Positions 48,997 through 59,395 of a DNA stretch of 64,000 bases are shown piece after piece. The stretch lies in the IMG/VR virus record IMGVR_UViG_3300009159_000048, positions 30,242 to 94,241 of that record; one strand, 5' to 3'. The translations under genes and the position numbers were made by a program. This DNA comes from a virus. Every line of letters starts with the position of its first letter. The first letter of the stretch is position 1. Below the pieces are notes generated by a model that was given only the letters and a program-made list of their open reading frames with translations, had not been told where the DNA came from and did no database searches.

Positions 48997-51900
48997 TTAT
49001 CCATTGATGAATCCACCAGCACTAATTGCTCCTGTTCTAAGTATTGTAATATTATTAACAATAATACCCATACCTTTGATTGGTTCAACATAAGTGTCAA
49101 GTACACCAATTTGATTGTCAATAATCTCAGCAGTGTTGTTCTCATCATCCATCTTGTTAAAGAAGTTGTATAGACCGTTTCTACTAACATATGTTTCACA
49201 GATAACGTCAGCTCTAAGTTTAATCTCAGCTCTAATATCTGGAGTATTAAATCTCCATTGGAAGTCTAATAACATTCTTGAAAGTTCTCTTTCAAGTTCG
49301 ATTAGAACTTCTCTTACGTGAATGTAAGAAAGAGCAGATGTATAAAGAGTTTGACCTGTATTCTCAGTCTCGATAACAAATCCTCTGTTTCTCTTGAATA
49401 CTAATGGGTTCATTTGAGCCTGATTTAAGTATTCAATGTCAGTTGGTGTAAACATCATTTCTAAGTCATTGATTGCTAAAATTCTACCATTATTAACACC
49501 AGCAGCGATTGTCCAAGGTGTAACGTTACCAATGTTAGAAACGTGTTTTCTCATATAAGTTGTAGCTACGTAAGACGCTGGAGGAAACTCAATTGGTCTA
49601 CCATTATCATTTACAATAACATATGGAGTGAAGTATCCAACACAAGTTGTACCAGCACCATCACCAAATGAGTAAAGGAATGCTGGTGAACTCTCAGGGT
49701 CACCACCTTTTGCCACATATTCTAATTGAAGAACTCCTTCTGTGTTTACGAATGTAGGAGAAGATGAATTCTTAAATTGTCTTAATGAAGGCATATTCAA
49801 GAAACCAAATATGTCTAATCTATCACCACAAATATCAACCAACTGTTGTTTAGATCTTTCTGTAAGTCCTAATCCGAATGAGTCAATTAAATATCTAAAG
49901 TCAATAGCTTCTTTATTTGTAATTGCCTTAAATAAAGGTGTTCCTTTAGCTACAAGATTTAAGACTGTATTTTGTCTTGTTTCAGTACCATCAGGTAAAG
50001 AAGCTTGTCTAATTCTAAATCCATTAAGTGATAAAGCTTTGTAAGTTGTAGCGTAAGTATCAATTGTTACATATCTTGTAGTTTGTAAGTCACCACCGAA
50101 GTTTGTGATAGCGATTGTAGAGTCACAAGTAATTTCAACTAGTTCTGTATTACCAGCGTATAGTTTTTTACTCAAGATTCTTGTTAATCTTCTTGGAGCT
50201 TCTCCTATTTGTAAAGCGTTAACATCATAACTTGCTTCTAAGAAATCACCTACTCTAATTTCAGTATATCTAGCACCATTTACTAAACATTTGTTAGCAG
50301 TTTGTATATATCCAGCTGGAACTTCAATCTCTACAGTTTGTTTGTAGTTAGTTTTCTCAGACTGAATGAAGAATGTGTTATTAGCATAAATATCAACATC
50401 AACATCAGAATCAAGATTTTCATCTTTAAACTCTACATCTAACACACCATTTGAGTCTAAGAACATTCTTAGATAATGTTTTGTTAAGTAATCATTAACT
50501 AAATTAACATCAGTTAAGTACTCATAAACAACCTCCTCATTCACTTGATAAGCGTAGTATGTAGAACCAATAAATCCTAATGCTGTTGCTAATCCATTTG
50601 CTGATTGTAAAGGGTTTACAACATTTTGTACTATAGTAAATACTCCTTTATTATCTGTTGATGATGGAAATTGAATTTTCTCTTGTGTCTGAAGATCGAT
50701 TTGAGCATCAAATCCAACTACAGAAGATTGGAATACTATATAATCGTACCCAGCGTATGATGATGTAGCTGTTGTTGCGACCTCACCGTCTATAAATGTT
50801 ACATTAACTGTATCACCAAGAACGTTATTTGAAGAACCAGCTGAGTCAACATACAATCTATTATCATAGAAGAAGTCTTTACTATTGATGATACCATCGA
50901 AATATCTTGTGTAGAATTTAGAGTATTTACCAACAACTCCAATTCCACCTTGTGTAGTATCTGTTACAGTATCTTTAGTAATAACACCATCAGTTCCAAG
51001 TAAGAACTCATTATCTTCTGTATATAATACAAAATATCCTTTTGTGATATCAATTAACTTAGAAGAAGCCAATTTAGTATCTAAAATGAATGACTTGTTT
51101 TGTGTAGTATTTGTAACAATGTTACTAATCTCCATATTAGCCAAAGATGACTTCTCAAAAGAAGCACTTGGACCTAAACACATAGTCATTTTATATTTGT
51201 TTGGACCATCAATAAGTCCAACTAATCTATTAAACATCTTAAATCTTCTCCACTGTTCGTAGTTACTTGTTTTAGATGTAGTGTTAGTACCAGTAAACTC
51301 AAACTTAAGAATACCCGTAGATGTTTCAGTAATTGTATAATCATCACCTGATTGAGTACCATAACTTAAGTCATTAAATCCTAAATGATTTGCAGAAACA
51401 TTATTCACAGAAAGAGCTCCTAAGTTAACAAAATTTCCTTGATAAACATCAAAATCAAGATATCCAAGTACGATGTCGTTTTGACCAACAGATGGATTAG
51501 TATCTTTTACTAAACTATTCAGACTTAAAATCTCACCAGTAGCATCGATAATAAATGTTGATGTGTACGATGCAGTTGCGTTTGTAACTGGATAATCAGA
51601 AGAACTAATTGTAAGAGAAGCTGTTCCTAAAACAGTAACATATTGGTCACCAATTATAGCAAATGGCTCACCAGGTAAATATCCAGCATCATAAGTAACA
51701 GTAATAGATTGCGTAGATGAAGTAAGAGTTGAATTTTTCTTCACTCCATAAACTGAACCCTCAGCGAACCAAGATGTTCTGTTATTACCGTTATAAGCGA
51801 TACCACTTGTTAATGGACCTGTACTACCAGAATCATCAAATGCGTGAAAATTTTGACCATCATATGAGTAAGTACCTCCGTAAACACCATCAGTGTCACC

Positions 51901-52953
51901 AGTTAAAGCAGTTACGTTACCTGGTAAGTCAAGAGGAACTGCTGTAATTTCAACACTCTCAGCGATAGTTTCTTTATATGATAAGAAATCTATTTGAGTT
52001 TCTTCTTTGGATACTAATGTATTACCAAGTAAGTCAAGTAATCCTGTGTAGTAGTCTTTTTCTACTAAATCGTTGTTAAATGAACAGAATAAACCAGTTC
52101 TATCAGTATCTCTATTTACAGTAGTTTCAATAAATATATTTCTACCATTCAAATCTCTAAAATATGGAATTAATGAAAGACCTTCATAATATGATAACAA
52201 AGTAACGTTTCTATCATTAGCAAAATTTCTAATTTGCTCTTTTCTAAGACCAGATGCGTTAAAGTATGCACTCCATCTTGTCTCTACAGCAAGTTGTTGA
52301 TAATTAGACCAATCACCACCAACAACTACAACATCAACTAAGTAGTCAGATGCAAAATCATTTTTATTAACATAAGGAGGCATTTTTTCAACGGAACCAT
52401 ACCACTCAAGTAATGTTCTATCAAAACCAGTAACTTGAGACTTAAATATAAACACAGTAATAGATTTATCTGAAAGGTTTGTTATATTAAACGCTCTCTC
52501 AGAATAACCTGTATTGTTCTTAGTTAAGTTAATGAAAGACTCAGTGTCTCTCTTCCAGAATCCAGTTGTGTCAAAGAATCTTCTATAAGCTCCCAATCTT
52601 TCGATATCATTGTTGAATCCAGCTGATGTAGATAAAGATTGATATTCAATAGTATCTAAGTTATCATCTGTAACAAGCAGGTTGATAGCGAAAATCGGTG
52701 AAGTTTCTAACATTTTAGAAATAGTTCTATGAAAGAATGAACCTTTTCTTTCTAATCCTCGATCGAGTTGTCCAAATACCGCTTCCAATTCACCAGTAGA
52801 AGTAATTCTGATTGGTGTATTAACTGGTCCTTTTTTAGAAACCCCGATTACAAGGTTAGTAATACCTTCCTGAACAGGGCTAGTGATTATTGATTGGTCA
52901 AATTCTTCTATGAAGATTCCTGGTCTTTTGTATTTTCCAATTTGAATAGCCAT
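48997..52953 (-). CDS. Tail sheath protein (gp18-like) with large internal insertion
   Basis: RPGIFIEEFD, KGPVNTP, PPASYVA, AGVNNG, NPLV, SALSYIHVREVLI, FNTPDIR, NTAEIID, VEPIKGM. Confidence 0.93.
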   Translation of the reverse strand: MAIQIGKYKRPGIFIEEFDQSIITSPVQEGITNLVIGVSKKGPVNTPIRITSTGELEAVFGQLDRGLERKGSFFHRTISKMLETSPIFAINLLVTDDNLDTIEYQSLSTSAGFNNDIERLGAYRRFFDTTGFWKRDTESFINLTKNNTGYSERAFNITNLSDKSITVFIFKSQVTGFDRTLLEWYGSVEKMPPYVNKNDFASDYLVDVVVVGGDWSNYQQLAVETRWSAYFNASGLRKEQIRNFANDRNVTLLSYYEGLSLIPYFRDLNGRNIFIETTVNRDTDRTGLFCSFNNDLVEKDYYTGLLDLLGNTLVSKEETQIDFLSYKETIAESVEITAVPLDLPGNVTALTGDTDGVYGGTYSYDGQNFHAFDDSGSTGPLTSGIAYNGNNRTSWFAEGSVYGVKKNSTLTSSTQSITVTYDAGYLPGEPFAIIGDQYVTVLGTASLTISSSDYPVTNATASYTSTFIIDATGEILSLNSLVKDTNPSVGQNDIVLGYLDFDVYQGNFVNLGALSVNNVSANHLGFNDLSYGTQSGDDYTITETSTGILKFEFTGTNTTSKTSNYEQWRRFKMFNRLVGLIDGPNKYKMTMCLGPSASFEKSSLANMEISNIVTNTTQNKSFILDTKLASSKLIDITKGYFVLYTEDNEFLLGTDGVITKDTVTDTTQGGIGVVGKYSKFYTRYFDGIINSKDFFYDNRLYVDSAGSSNNVLGDTVNVTFIDGEVATTATSSYAGYDYIVFQSSVVGFDAQIDLQTQEKIQFPSSTDNKGVFTIVQNVVNPLQSANGLATALGFIGSTYYAYQVNEEVVYEYLTDVNLVNDYLTKHYLRMFLDSNGVLDVEFKDENLDSDVDVDIYANNTFFIQSEKTNYKQTVEIEVPAGYIQTANKCLVNGARYTEIRVGDFLEASYDVNALQIGEAPRRLTRILSKKLYAGNTELVEITCDSTIAITNFGGDLQTTRYVTIDTYATTYKALSLNGFRIRQASLPDGTETRQNTVLNLVAKGTPLFKAITNKEAIDFRYLIDSFGLGLTERSKQQLVDICGDRLDIFGFLNMPSLRQFKNSSSPTFVNTEGVLQLEYVAKGGDPESSPAFLYSFGDGAGTTCVGYFTPYVIVNDNGRPIEFPPASYVATTYMRKHVSNIGNVTPWTIAAGVNNGRILAINDLEMMFTPTDIEYLNQAQMNPLVFKRNRGFVIETENTGQTLYTSALSYIHVREVLIELERELSRMLLDFQWRFNTPDIRAEIKLRADVICETYVSRNGLYNFFNKMDDENNTAEIIDNQIGVLDTYVEPIKGMGIIVNNITILRTGAISAGGFING

Positions 52954-53013
52954 ATTGTTTTATATTTTTTTTTATTTTAATGTATATATAAAATAGAAAA
53001 AACGATATTTTTT

Positions 53014-53577
53014 CTATTTTTGTTTCTCATCTTGTATTTTCTTAGTATATTCATTAATATCTTTTTGAACTTGATTCATTTTTTGACCAAGTTCTGTTTT
53101 CTTTTGCTGTATTTCTTTTCCCATATCAAGTATCTTCTTTGACTTTTCAGCCAATTTAGTATTTAAGTCATTGATATTTGATTTGGTTAGTAGTTTTGTT
53201 TCTTCTTTATCAAGTAAACTTAACTCTTCTTGAAACTCTTGAATCTTCAATTTATCTTTAGTCCTTTGGTCTTGTAGATTACTAACTTCCTTTTCTAATC
53301 TACATATGTTAGAGTATTCAATTAAAAATGGATTTCTATCTCTATCAGGACTTTCTTCTTCCAAACCAATTACTTGTTTTAGTTTCTCTTCTACTTGTTC
53401 AGGTGTTAACTTTTCGTCTTTATAAATATCGTCAATTGAGGCTTTCTTTTGATTGAACTCTGTAAACTGATCCTGTAAAGAATTCATTTTTTCTTTTGCC
53501 ATCTTTACATCTGGCTCATCAGAATCTAAAATCTCAAATTTCTCAAGAAATTTCTGATAGTTAAGCACATATTTCAT
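53014..53577 (-). CDS. Coiled-coil protein with MKYVLNYQKFLE leader
   Basis: 187 aa, E/K/Q-rich heptads. Confidence 0.78.
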   Translation of the reverse strand: MKYVLNYQKFLEKFEILDSDEPDVKMAKEKMNSLQDQFTEFNQKKASIDDIYKDEKLTPEQVEEKLKQVIGLEEESPDRDRNPFLIEYSNICRLEKEVSNLQDQRTKDKLKIQEFQEELSLLDKEETKLLTKSNINDLNTKLAEKSKKILDMGKEIQQKKTELGQKMNQVQKDINEYTKKIQDEKQK

Positions 53578-53582
53578 TTTCT

Positions 53583-56500
53583 TTAAGTAAATTTCACTGT
53601 AGTAGGTTTCTCAGCCGCTTCTAAATCTATTTTAATATTCTCAAAACCACCATGAATTTTAATAGCAGTTTTAAGTTTCACCATATCATCATTTATATCA
53701 ACAGCTTTAGTTGTAACAGTCTCCTTACCTTTAACATCCTCTTTTGTCTCTTTTATAAGCCAAAACATTCTTTTAGTAATAAACTTCATATTTTCAACTT
53801 TTTCAGGTTCTTTTCCAGAAGAAACACTATTAATCTTTAGAGGGAGTTTGTTATTTATTATACACTCTAGGAAAGTATTTTTAGAAATAATTGTACCTCT
53901 AACTTTTTTTCTAACCTCTAAATCCATTACACCATCACCTTTTTCTGTTTTAATTGATTCTCCATCATAAACTTTAAGTAAATAGTTCTTAAATGTTAAA
54001 AAAGAAGGTGAATAAGATATGTAATAGAAATCACCAATGACATCTTGAATAAAAAAGTAATATGTTATATCTTTATTTGCATCATCAATACCATCAACTT
54101 GTAGACATTTACCACTGAAATTTTGTTCTTTAATAAAGTCATCAACTTCAGCCTCACCATCCGCACCACCTTTAATACTTTCTGGTTTAACAAATTTATA
54201 AATTGACTGCTTAATCAAAGCTGCTTTAGAATAAGCATCTTTAACATCTAATTCACCGGTAGTAGGATTCTTCCAAGATAAATCAGACTCTGGTAATCCT
54301 TTGAAGTTTTCATCAGACATGTCACCAAAGTATCTATCAAGCATCTTTTGTTGAGCTCCTTTCTTAAATGGTTCTTCACCATCTAACATTTCTGTTATGA
54401 ATTTTCTTAAAGCCACACCAGCTCCTCTTTTTAATACATTACCGACTCTAATTTCGGTGTTTTTATTAAAAATAGGTTGGAAAATTCTCTCTCCCATAAT
54501 TTTAATTACAGCATCATTCCAAATAGCAAATGTCTTTTTGTGTCTATATGGACCTTCTGTTTGAGCATTTGGTTCACCACCACCACTTCTACCAAAAGGA
54601 ATATATTCATTATAAACAGATCTTGAAACCTTACCACCAGTTCTAGCACCAGGGATAGTATTATTTGTATGTAGATTATATGATCTATTGAATATTCTAA
54701 CAATATTCATAATAGGATCCATACCATCAATAACTATAGCATCTTTTTTCTCAGCAAGTTTCTTTTCTAAATTAACTTTAATTTTTTCAACTTCAGATTC
54801 TTTAATAACCCAAGCATTTAAGTCCATTTTCTTTTGCCACCAATCCTGAATCTCATTTGCTAATTTTTTTGGCATTATTTTCTTAGGATCACCTGTCTCT
54901 GGAGTAGTCTGACCTTCTGGTTCTTTATCAGTTTTTGATTTTTCATCATCTGTTTTATCAGTTGTTTCAGTTTCATCCGCTTCAGTAATCATTCTATGAA
55001 TGAATCTATCATATCCTAATAATAATTTTTCTTCAGTTTTTTCATCTCCCGACTCAGGTTTACCAAATTGTAACTCAGGATTTATAACTCCTCTCATAGT
55101 CGCATTGAAATTGACTAATTCTTTCATCATTTTATTCCACAACACTAAATTCTCATTGTTAGAAGCAAACATCTTTTTAATCTCATCATTAGTAGCATTC
55201 ATTACATCATTTTTAACAGTAATTGAGTAAAGAGCAACTATCTTTTGTGCGATATTTTCAGGTCTTGTTAAAAAATTATCAAGTCCTTCTTTTATTTCAT
55301 ACTTTTTTCTAAAATTCTCATCTCTTACAGACGTGTAAATTTTCTGAATTGGAGATTTTGTTTTACCTTGTGCAATTCTTTGTTCAGGAGTCAATTTAAA
55401 ATAAGCCTCTAATTCTTCTATAACACCGGGTTCGCTTTTTAATAAACTATAAAGTGGTTTAATTCCCTTATTAACGTGAGTACCTTTTGTCTTAACAGTA
55501 AAATCCCACTCAATGGAATCACCAGTAGAAACAGCAGCAGGAGCTTCTTCAGCTTTATAATCAACTTCTTCATAAATGTAAATTGATTCTCTCGTTGCAG
55601 TATTTGTTGTAGGTTTTACAGGAACAGGTGCAGTAACTTTAGCAAGTTGTTCTTTATTATGAACACTAACATCTATAGGTTTCTTTTCACCTTTCTCAGC
55701 TTCAGCTTCTTTTCTAAGTCGATCTCTTGTTCCTTCACCAGCATTTGTGTTTTTACCAGCTTTCTTTTGTTCTTCAACCCACTTAGCTAATTTTTCTTTA
55801 TAAATATCATCAACTGATTTAGAGATGTTAGAAACAAACTTTTTATCACGACCACTTTTCTCTACAGCATCGTCAGCAGAAGTAGCACTCAATTCTCTTG
55901 CACTACCACCAACCGGTGATCCTTTAACAGCAGCATAGAAATAAAACTTCTTTTTCTGCATCTCATCATATATCTTAACGACACTTAAAACACTTTTTAA
56001 GTTTTCTGTACAAAGATTAAATAATTTATTCTCTGATTTTTCTTCAAATGTTTCTTTCTTTTTATAATCATCAGGATTAATACCTTCTAAATACTTTAAA
56101 AAGTCATTTAATTGTCTTAAAAGCTCATTCTTTTTCTCAATTGGTTCTGTCTCTTCTACCTTAGAGATAGTTTCTTTTGTTAAATCTATTAAACCAGGTA
56201 AGTTAACAGGATCGATTCTGCCCTTAAATTTCTTAAAATCATGAAGGTGAGCAACATTCATCTCTAATCTGTTTAGAAAAGCATAGATAGTTACATTACC
56301 AAGCATTTTTTTATCATCCATATCTAACTCTGCAAGTTGTGATGTATTCAATATATCTTCAAATTCAGCTCTTAATCTTGAAATTAAAGGTTTCATTAAA
56401 ATCATATTTGCGCCAATTTGAGTTTTTCTGATTATTGCATTTATTAATCTACCAACAAGTGAATCACCCCAGGTAATTTCATTACCCATAGCACCAGAAC

Positions 56501-56618
56501 CTGGCATTGTTTCAAGTATTAAATCACCTAACTTTTTTTCTAAATTATTATGGACTTGTATTTGTCTTCTTTCATTAACTTGTTTGAGATAATTATCTCT
56601 TGAACTAATATACTTCAT
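53583..56618 (-). CDS. Large hypothetical protein, possible internal virion protein
   Basis: 1011 aa; leader MKYISSRDNYLKQVNE; internal ILET/IKEG/ITEA sites; TAATATATA at 56639-56647. Confidence 0.75.
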   Translation of the reverse strand: MKYISSRDNYLKQVNERRQIQVHNNLEKKLGDLILETMPGSGAMGNEITWGDSLVGRLINAIIRKTQIGANMILMKPLISRLRAEFEDILNTSQLAELDMDDKKMLGNVTIYAFLNRLEMNVAHLHDFKKFKGRIDPVNLPGLIDLTKETISKVEETEPIEKKNELLRQLNDFLKYLEGINPDDYKKKETFEEKSENKLFNLCTENLKSVLSVVKIYDEMQKKKFYFYAAVKGSPVGGSARELSATSADDAVEKSGRDKKFVSNISKSVDDIYKEKLAKWVEEQKKAGKNTNAGEGTRDRLRKEAEAEKGEKKPIDVSVHNKEQLAKVTAPVPVKPTTNTATRESIYIYEEVDYKAEEAPAAVSTGDSIEWDFTVKTKGTHVNKGIKPLYSLLKSEPGVIEELEAYFKLTPEQRIAQGKTKSPIQKIYTSVRDENFRKKYEIKEGLDNFLTRPENIAQKIVALYSITVKNDVMNATNDEIKKMFASNNENLVLWNKMMKELVNFNATMRGVINPELQFGKPESGDEKTEEKLLLGYDRFIHRMITEADETETTDKTDDEKSKTDKEPEGQTTPETGDPKKIMPKKLANEIQDWWQKKMDLNAWVIKESEVEKIKVNLEKKLAEKKDAIVIDGMDPIMNIVRIFNRSYNLHTNNTIPGARTGGKVSRSVYNEYIPFGRSGGGEPNAQTEGPYRHKKTFAIWNDAVIKIMGERIFQPIFNKNTEIRVGNVLKRGAGVALRKFITEMLDGEEPFKKGAQQKMLDRYFGDMSDENFKGLPESDLSWKNPTTGELDVKDAYSKAALIKQSIYKFVKPESIKGGADGEAEVDDFIKEQNFSGKCLQVDGIDDANKDITYYFFIQDVIGDFYYISYSPSFLTFKNYLLKVYDGESIKTEKGDGVMDLEVRKKVRGTIISKNTFLECIINNKLPLKINSVSSGKEPEKVENMKFITKRMFWLIKETKEDVKGKETVTTKAVDINDDMVKLKTAIKIHGGFENIKIDLEAAEKPTTVKFT

Positions 56619-56834
56619 GAAGTATTAATATTTTTTCATATATATTAAAAAGTATTCTCTATTTTTTACTAAAATATTTTTTAATTCTTTAGGATTTAAT
56701 AAAAATGAAGGATTCACTCAAATTCAAAAATTAATCTAAAATTACCTACTCTAAAAAACCGCAAAATTTCGGAGGTAGCTCAAATAATAGTATTTTCATA
56801 GTAATATATAACACTGTAAATTATAATTCGCAAT

Positions 56835-57122
56835 ATGAATTTTTTAGAACTAAAGTATAAATCAAAAACTTATACTACAAATAGTAAAATCTTAGAGATA
56901 TTAACAAACGAAAAACTTTATTGGTTAGTTGACTCCGAAGTAGACGGAGCAATTATTGAAATCCATAATAGTACTCTTATATGGCACGAAGGAATCTTCA
57001 TGTCAGGAGACTGGCATTATGGAATTTTTAAGAATGGAGGATTTTACGGAAACTGGGAAAATGGAATATGGGAAAACGGGTATTTTAATGGGAACTGGAT
57101 AAGCGGGATAAAGCTTAATTAA
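56835..57122 (+). CDS. Small protein with [WF]-x-x-G pentapeptide-like repeats
   Basis: WHEGIFMSGDWHYGIFKNGGFYGNWENGIWENGYFNGNWISG. Confidence 0.75.
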   Translation: MNFLELKYKSKTYTTNSKILEILTNEKLYWLVDSEVDGAIIEIHNSTLIWHEGIFMSGDWHYGIFKNGGFYGNWENGIWENGYFNGNWISGIKLN

Positions 57123-57138
57123 AAAATAATTTACTACT

Positions 57139-57594
57139 ATGAAAAGAAAAAGAGACGCAATCAAATCTGAAAACTCAGATTTATTGTTTAGAAACCACAG
57201 AGTCTCAATCTTCAAATCAAAAGATGATTGGTACTTCGAGATTGGAAGAGAAGTAACAAACGATTTAGCAGAAGCAGTAACAATTTTAATGAAAACAAAA
57301 GGAATAACAGAAGATATATGGAACATAGAAATAAAAAGTGTAAATTTAGATGAAATATCACCATCAAGAAGTCTTTTCTATCTAACAGGCGGAGAAGAAG
57401 AGTGGTGTGTTATGTCAAATTATAATAAAACTTGGTCAGAATGTTACTTAGACTTTCAAGAAGAGTTTGGATTTATGGTAATAAAAATATTAAAAAGATC
57501 AAAAAAATTATCTGATATAAGAGACGGTCTCAAAAAATATCTTAATTTACCAATATTATATGATTTTGCACTTAGTAAAAATATTGTAAAATAA
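57139..57594 (+). CDS. Hypothetical protein
   Basis: 151-aa ORF followed by a terminator. Confidence 0.75.
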   Translation: MKRKRDAIKSENSDLLFRNHRVSIFKSKDDWYFEIGREVTNDLAEAVTILMKTKGITEDIWNIEIKSVNLDEISPSRSLFYLTGGEEEWCVMSNYNKTWSECYLDFQEEFGFMVIKILKRSKKLSDIRDGLKKYLNLPILYDFALSKNIVK

Positions 57595-57599
57595 ATCAA

Positions 57600-57627
57600 G
57601 AAAAACCTGTCGAAAGATAGGTTTTTC
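57600..57627 (+). terminator. Intrinsic terminator with GAAA tetraloop
   Basis: GAAAAACCTGTC-GAAA-GATAGGTTTTTC followed by a T run. Confidence 0.8.
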
Positions 57628-57646
57628 TTTTTTATATATAATACCA

Positions 57647-57886
57647 ATGAATACTTTCAACTCAATATGCTCAAACCCATGGTGTAAGGTTAGCTTTTCT
57701 TATACAGAAAAAGACTATATAATAAACGATGGTGTAGTGTCAGAACCAAAAGTTTGTAAAAAGTGTTTAAGCTTTGATAATGAACTTTCAGGTGGGATTG
57801 AATGGATAGATAAAAGTTATGAGGGTAATAGATTTGATAATGAACCTCATCAAATTAGATATAAAGTAACCAACTACAAGTTATGA
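57647..57886 (+). CDS. Small zinc-ribbon protein
   Basis: CSNPWC ... CKKC. Confidence 0.7.
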   Translation: MNTFNSICSNPWCKVSFSYTEKDYIINDGVVSEPKVCKKCLSFDNELSGGIEWIDKSYEGNRFDNEPHQIRYKVTNYKL

Positions 57887-58731
57887 GAGCTCACTTTTTC
57901 GACTTATCAGTTTTAATTGGATTGGAAAGTAAAGTTTGGATTGTATCAAAAATCAAACCATCTATACCTATTATAAAAATATCAGAATCTGAATTTAATT
58001 TAATTAAAAAAGGAATCTATATAAAATATAATCAAAAGTTCAGATTTGGAAATCAAGATTATTGGATATCCGAGGATTTAGCAAATCAGATAAAAATTAA
58101 ATGTATAAAGTCTAACATAAATACAACAGAATTAGTTTTCTCTTTACAAGAATTTATGAATCCTGAAATAATAGAAAAGTCAAATTATACTATTCATAAA
58201 GAAAACTTAGTAGATATTAAAAACTCAGATGATGATATTTATGTAATTTGCTCGAAGAACACTAAGAAAAACTACGAACCTATAATAAAAAAACTTGAAG
58301 ATTATCTATCAAGTATAGGTCTGAAGGTCAAAACATACTATTACATATCAGAAACATTTTTTAATAGAAATCAAGATGATATATGTCATAAGAAAGTTAG
58401 ATTGTTATTACAACACTTAGTTGGACTTAAAACAGATGATGATAAATTTACAGATGAAGAAATAACAAGATATGAAACAGTATACTTTTATGATGATTCG
58501 AATGATTCTATAGAAATGTCTAAAACTATAAATGACACTATGGTGTTTATTGAAAAAAATTCAGATAAGAATCTATTAGGTAAAATTAAAGATATAGTCA
58601 AATCCGAAAATATTCAACTTATTATTAATAAAGTGACTTTTAATAAAGTGAATAAGTTTATAACAACAACTGTGAAGTTAACTCATCAGAATATAATAAA
58701 AACTTTTGAGTCATTTAGACATAAAGGTTAA
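57883..58731 (+). CDS. Degenerate HAD-like protein
   Basis: HFFDLSVL (motif I without second Asp), YVICSK, YFYDD; ends IIKTFESF. Confidence 0.55.
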   Translation: MRAHFFDLSVLIGLESKVWIVSKIKPSIPIIKISESEFNLIKKGIYIKYNQKFRFGNQDYWISEDLANQIKIKCIKSNINTTELVFSLQEFMNPEIIEKSNYTIHKENLVDIKNSDDDIYVICSKNTKKNYEPIIKKLEDYLSSIGLKVKTYYYISETFFNRNQDDICHKKVRLLLQHLVGLKTDDDKFTDEEITRYETVYFYDDSNDSIEMSKTINDTMVFIEKNSDKNLLGKIKDIVKSENIQLIINKVTFNKVNKFITTTVKLTHQNIIKTFESFRHKG

Positions 58732-59354
58732 TCCTTTTTCTTATCATTATCTTTACTCAACATCGCGTTTTTAATCATCTCATTTAACTTTCTATTGTCA
58801 GTTATTTCACCACCATCAGAGACATTATCATCTTCCTCTACCTTAGTAGACTCTGGTTCAATTTCATTATAACCTAAATCTTTTCTTAATGTCTTGTAGA
58901 ATTTCTCTAATTCTGTTTTTTGACCAGATAAAAACTTAGCATTTTCTCTAATTTGACCAATTGTTTGATTAACAACCTCATGCATTCTAGCAGAATTATC
59001 ACCATTATCAACTTGTCTTAATTGTGATAAAAAGTTTTTTCTTGTCATCTTTGTTAAGAATATACCTTCAGCGTACACTGTAGCATCTTCTTTCATTTTA
59101 TTTTTAATATAAGGATGTTCTTTTAATTGAGGAACGTCACCTAAATACAAATCAACAAGAGACTCTAACACATCCATAGACTGCTGACTAGCAACTGTCA
59201 AATCAGAGTCATAATCATATATTTCTATTTCACCTAAATCAGGTAAGTCCTCAGGTCTCGCTAAGTGTTTTGATAAATCATAATCTCCTCCTTCTGATTG
59301 TATTTGGTCAAATTCATCTTGAAGACGGTTTCTTTCATTTTCGGTTTTAGACAT
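58728..59354 (-). CDS. Hypothetical helical protein, candidate terminase small subunit
   Basis: Divergent from terL across a shared AATATATATT element; SARMHEVVNQTI resembles the gp16-type helix. Confidence 0.45.
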   Translation of the reverse strand: MSKTENERNRLQDEFDQIQSEGGDYDLSKHLARPEDLPDLGEIEIYDYDSDLTVASQQSMDVLESLVDLYLGDVPQLKEHPYIKNKMKEDATVYAEGIFLTKMTRKNFLSQLRQVDNGDNSARMHEVVNQTIGQIRENAKFLSGQKTELEKFYKTLRKDLGYNEIEPESTKVEEDDNVSDGGEITDNRKLNEMIKNAMLSKDNDKKKD

Positions 59355-59395
59355 AGAAGACGGTTTTTTACAATATATATTAAAAAATATTTCCT

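Noticed and set aside
56700-56800. Possible structured ncRNA in the intergenic gap (TACCT...CCG...CGGAGGTA)
   Set aside because: Only a short interrupted stem, with no recognisable family or second copy.
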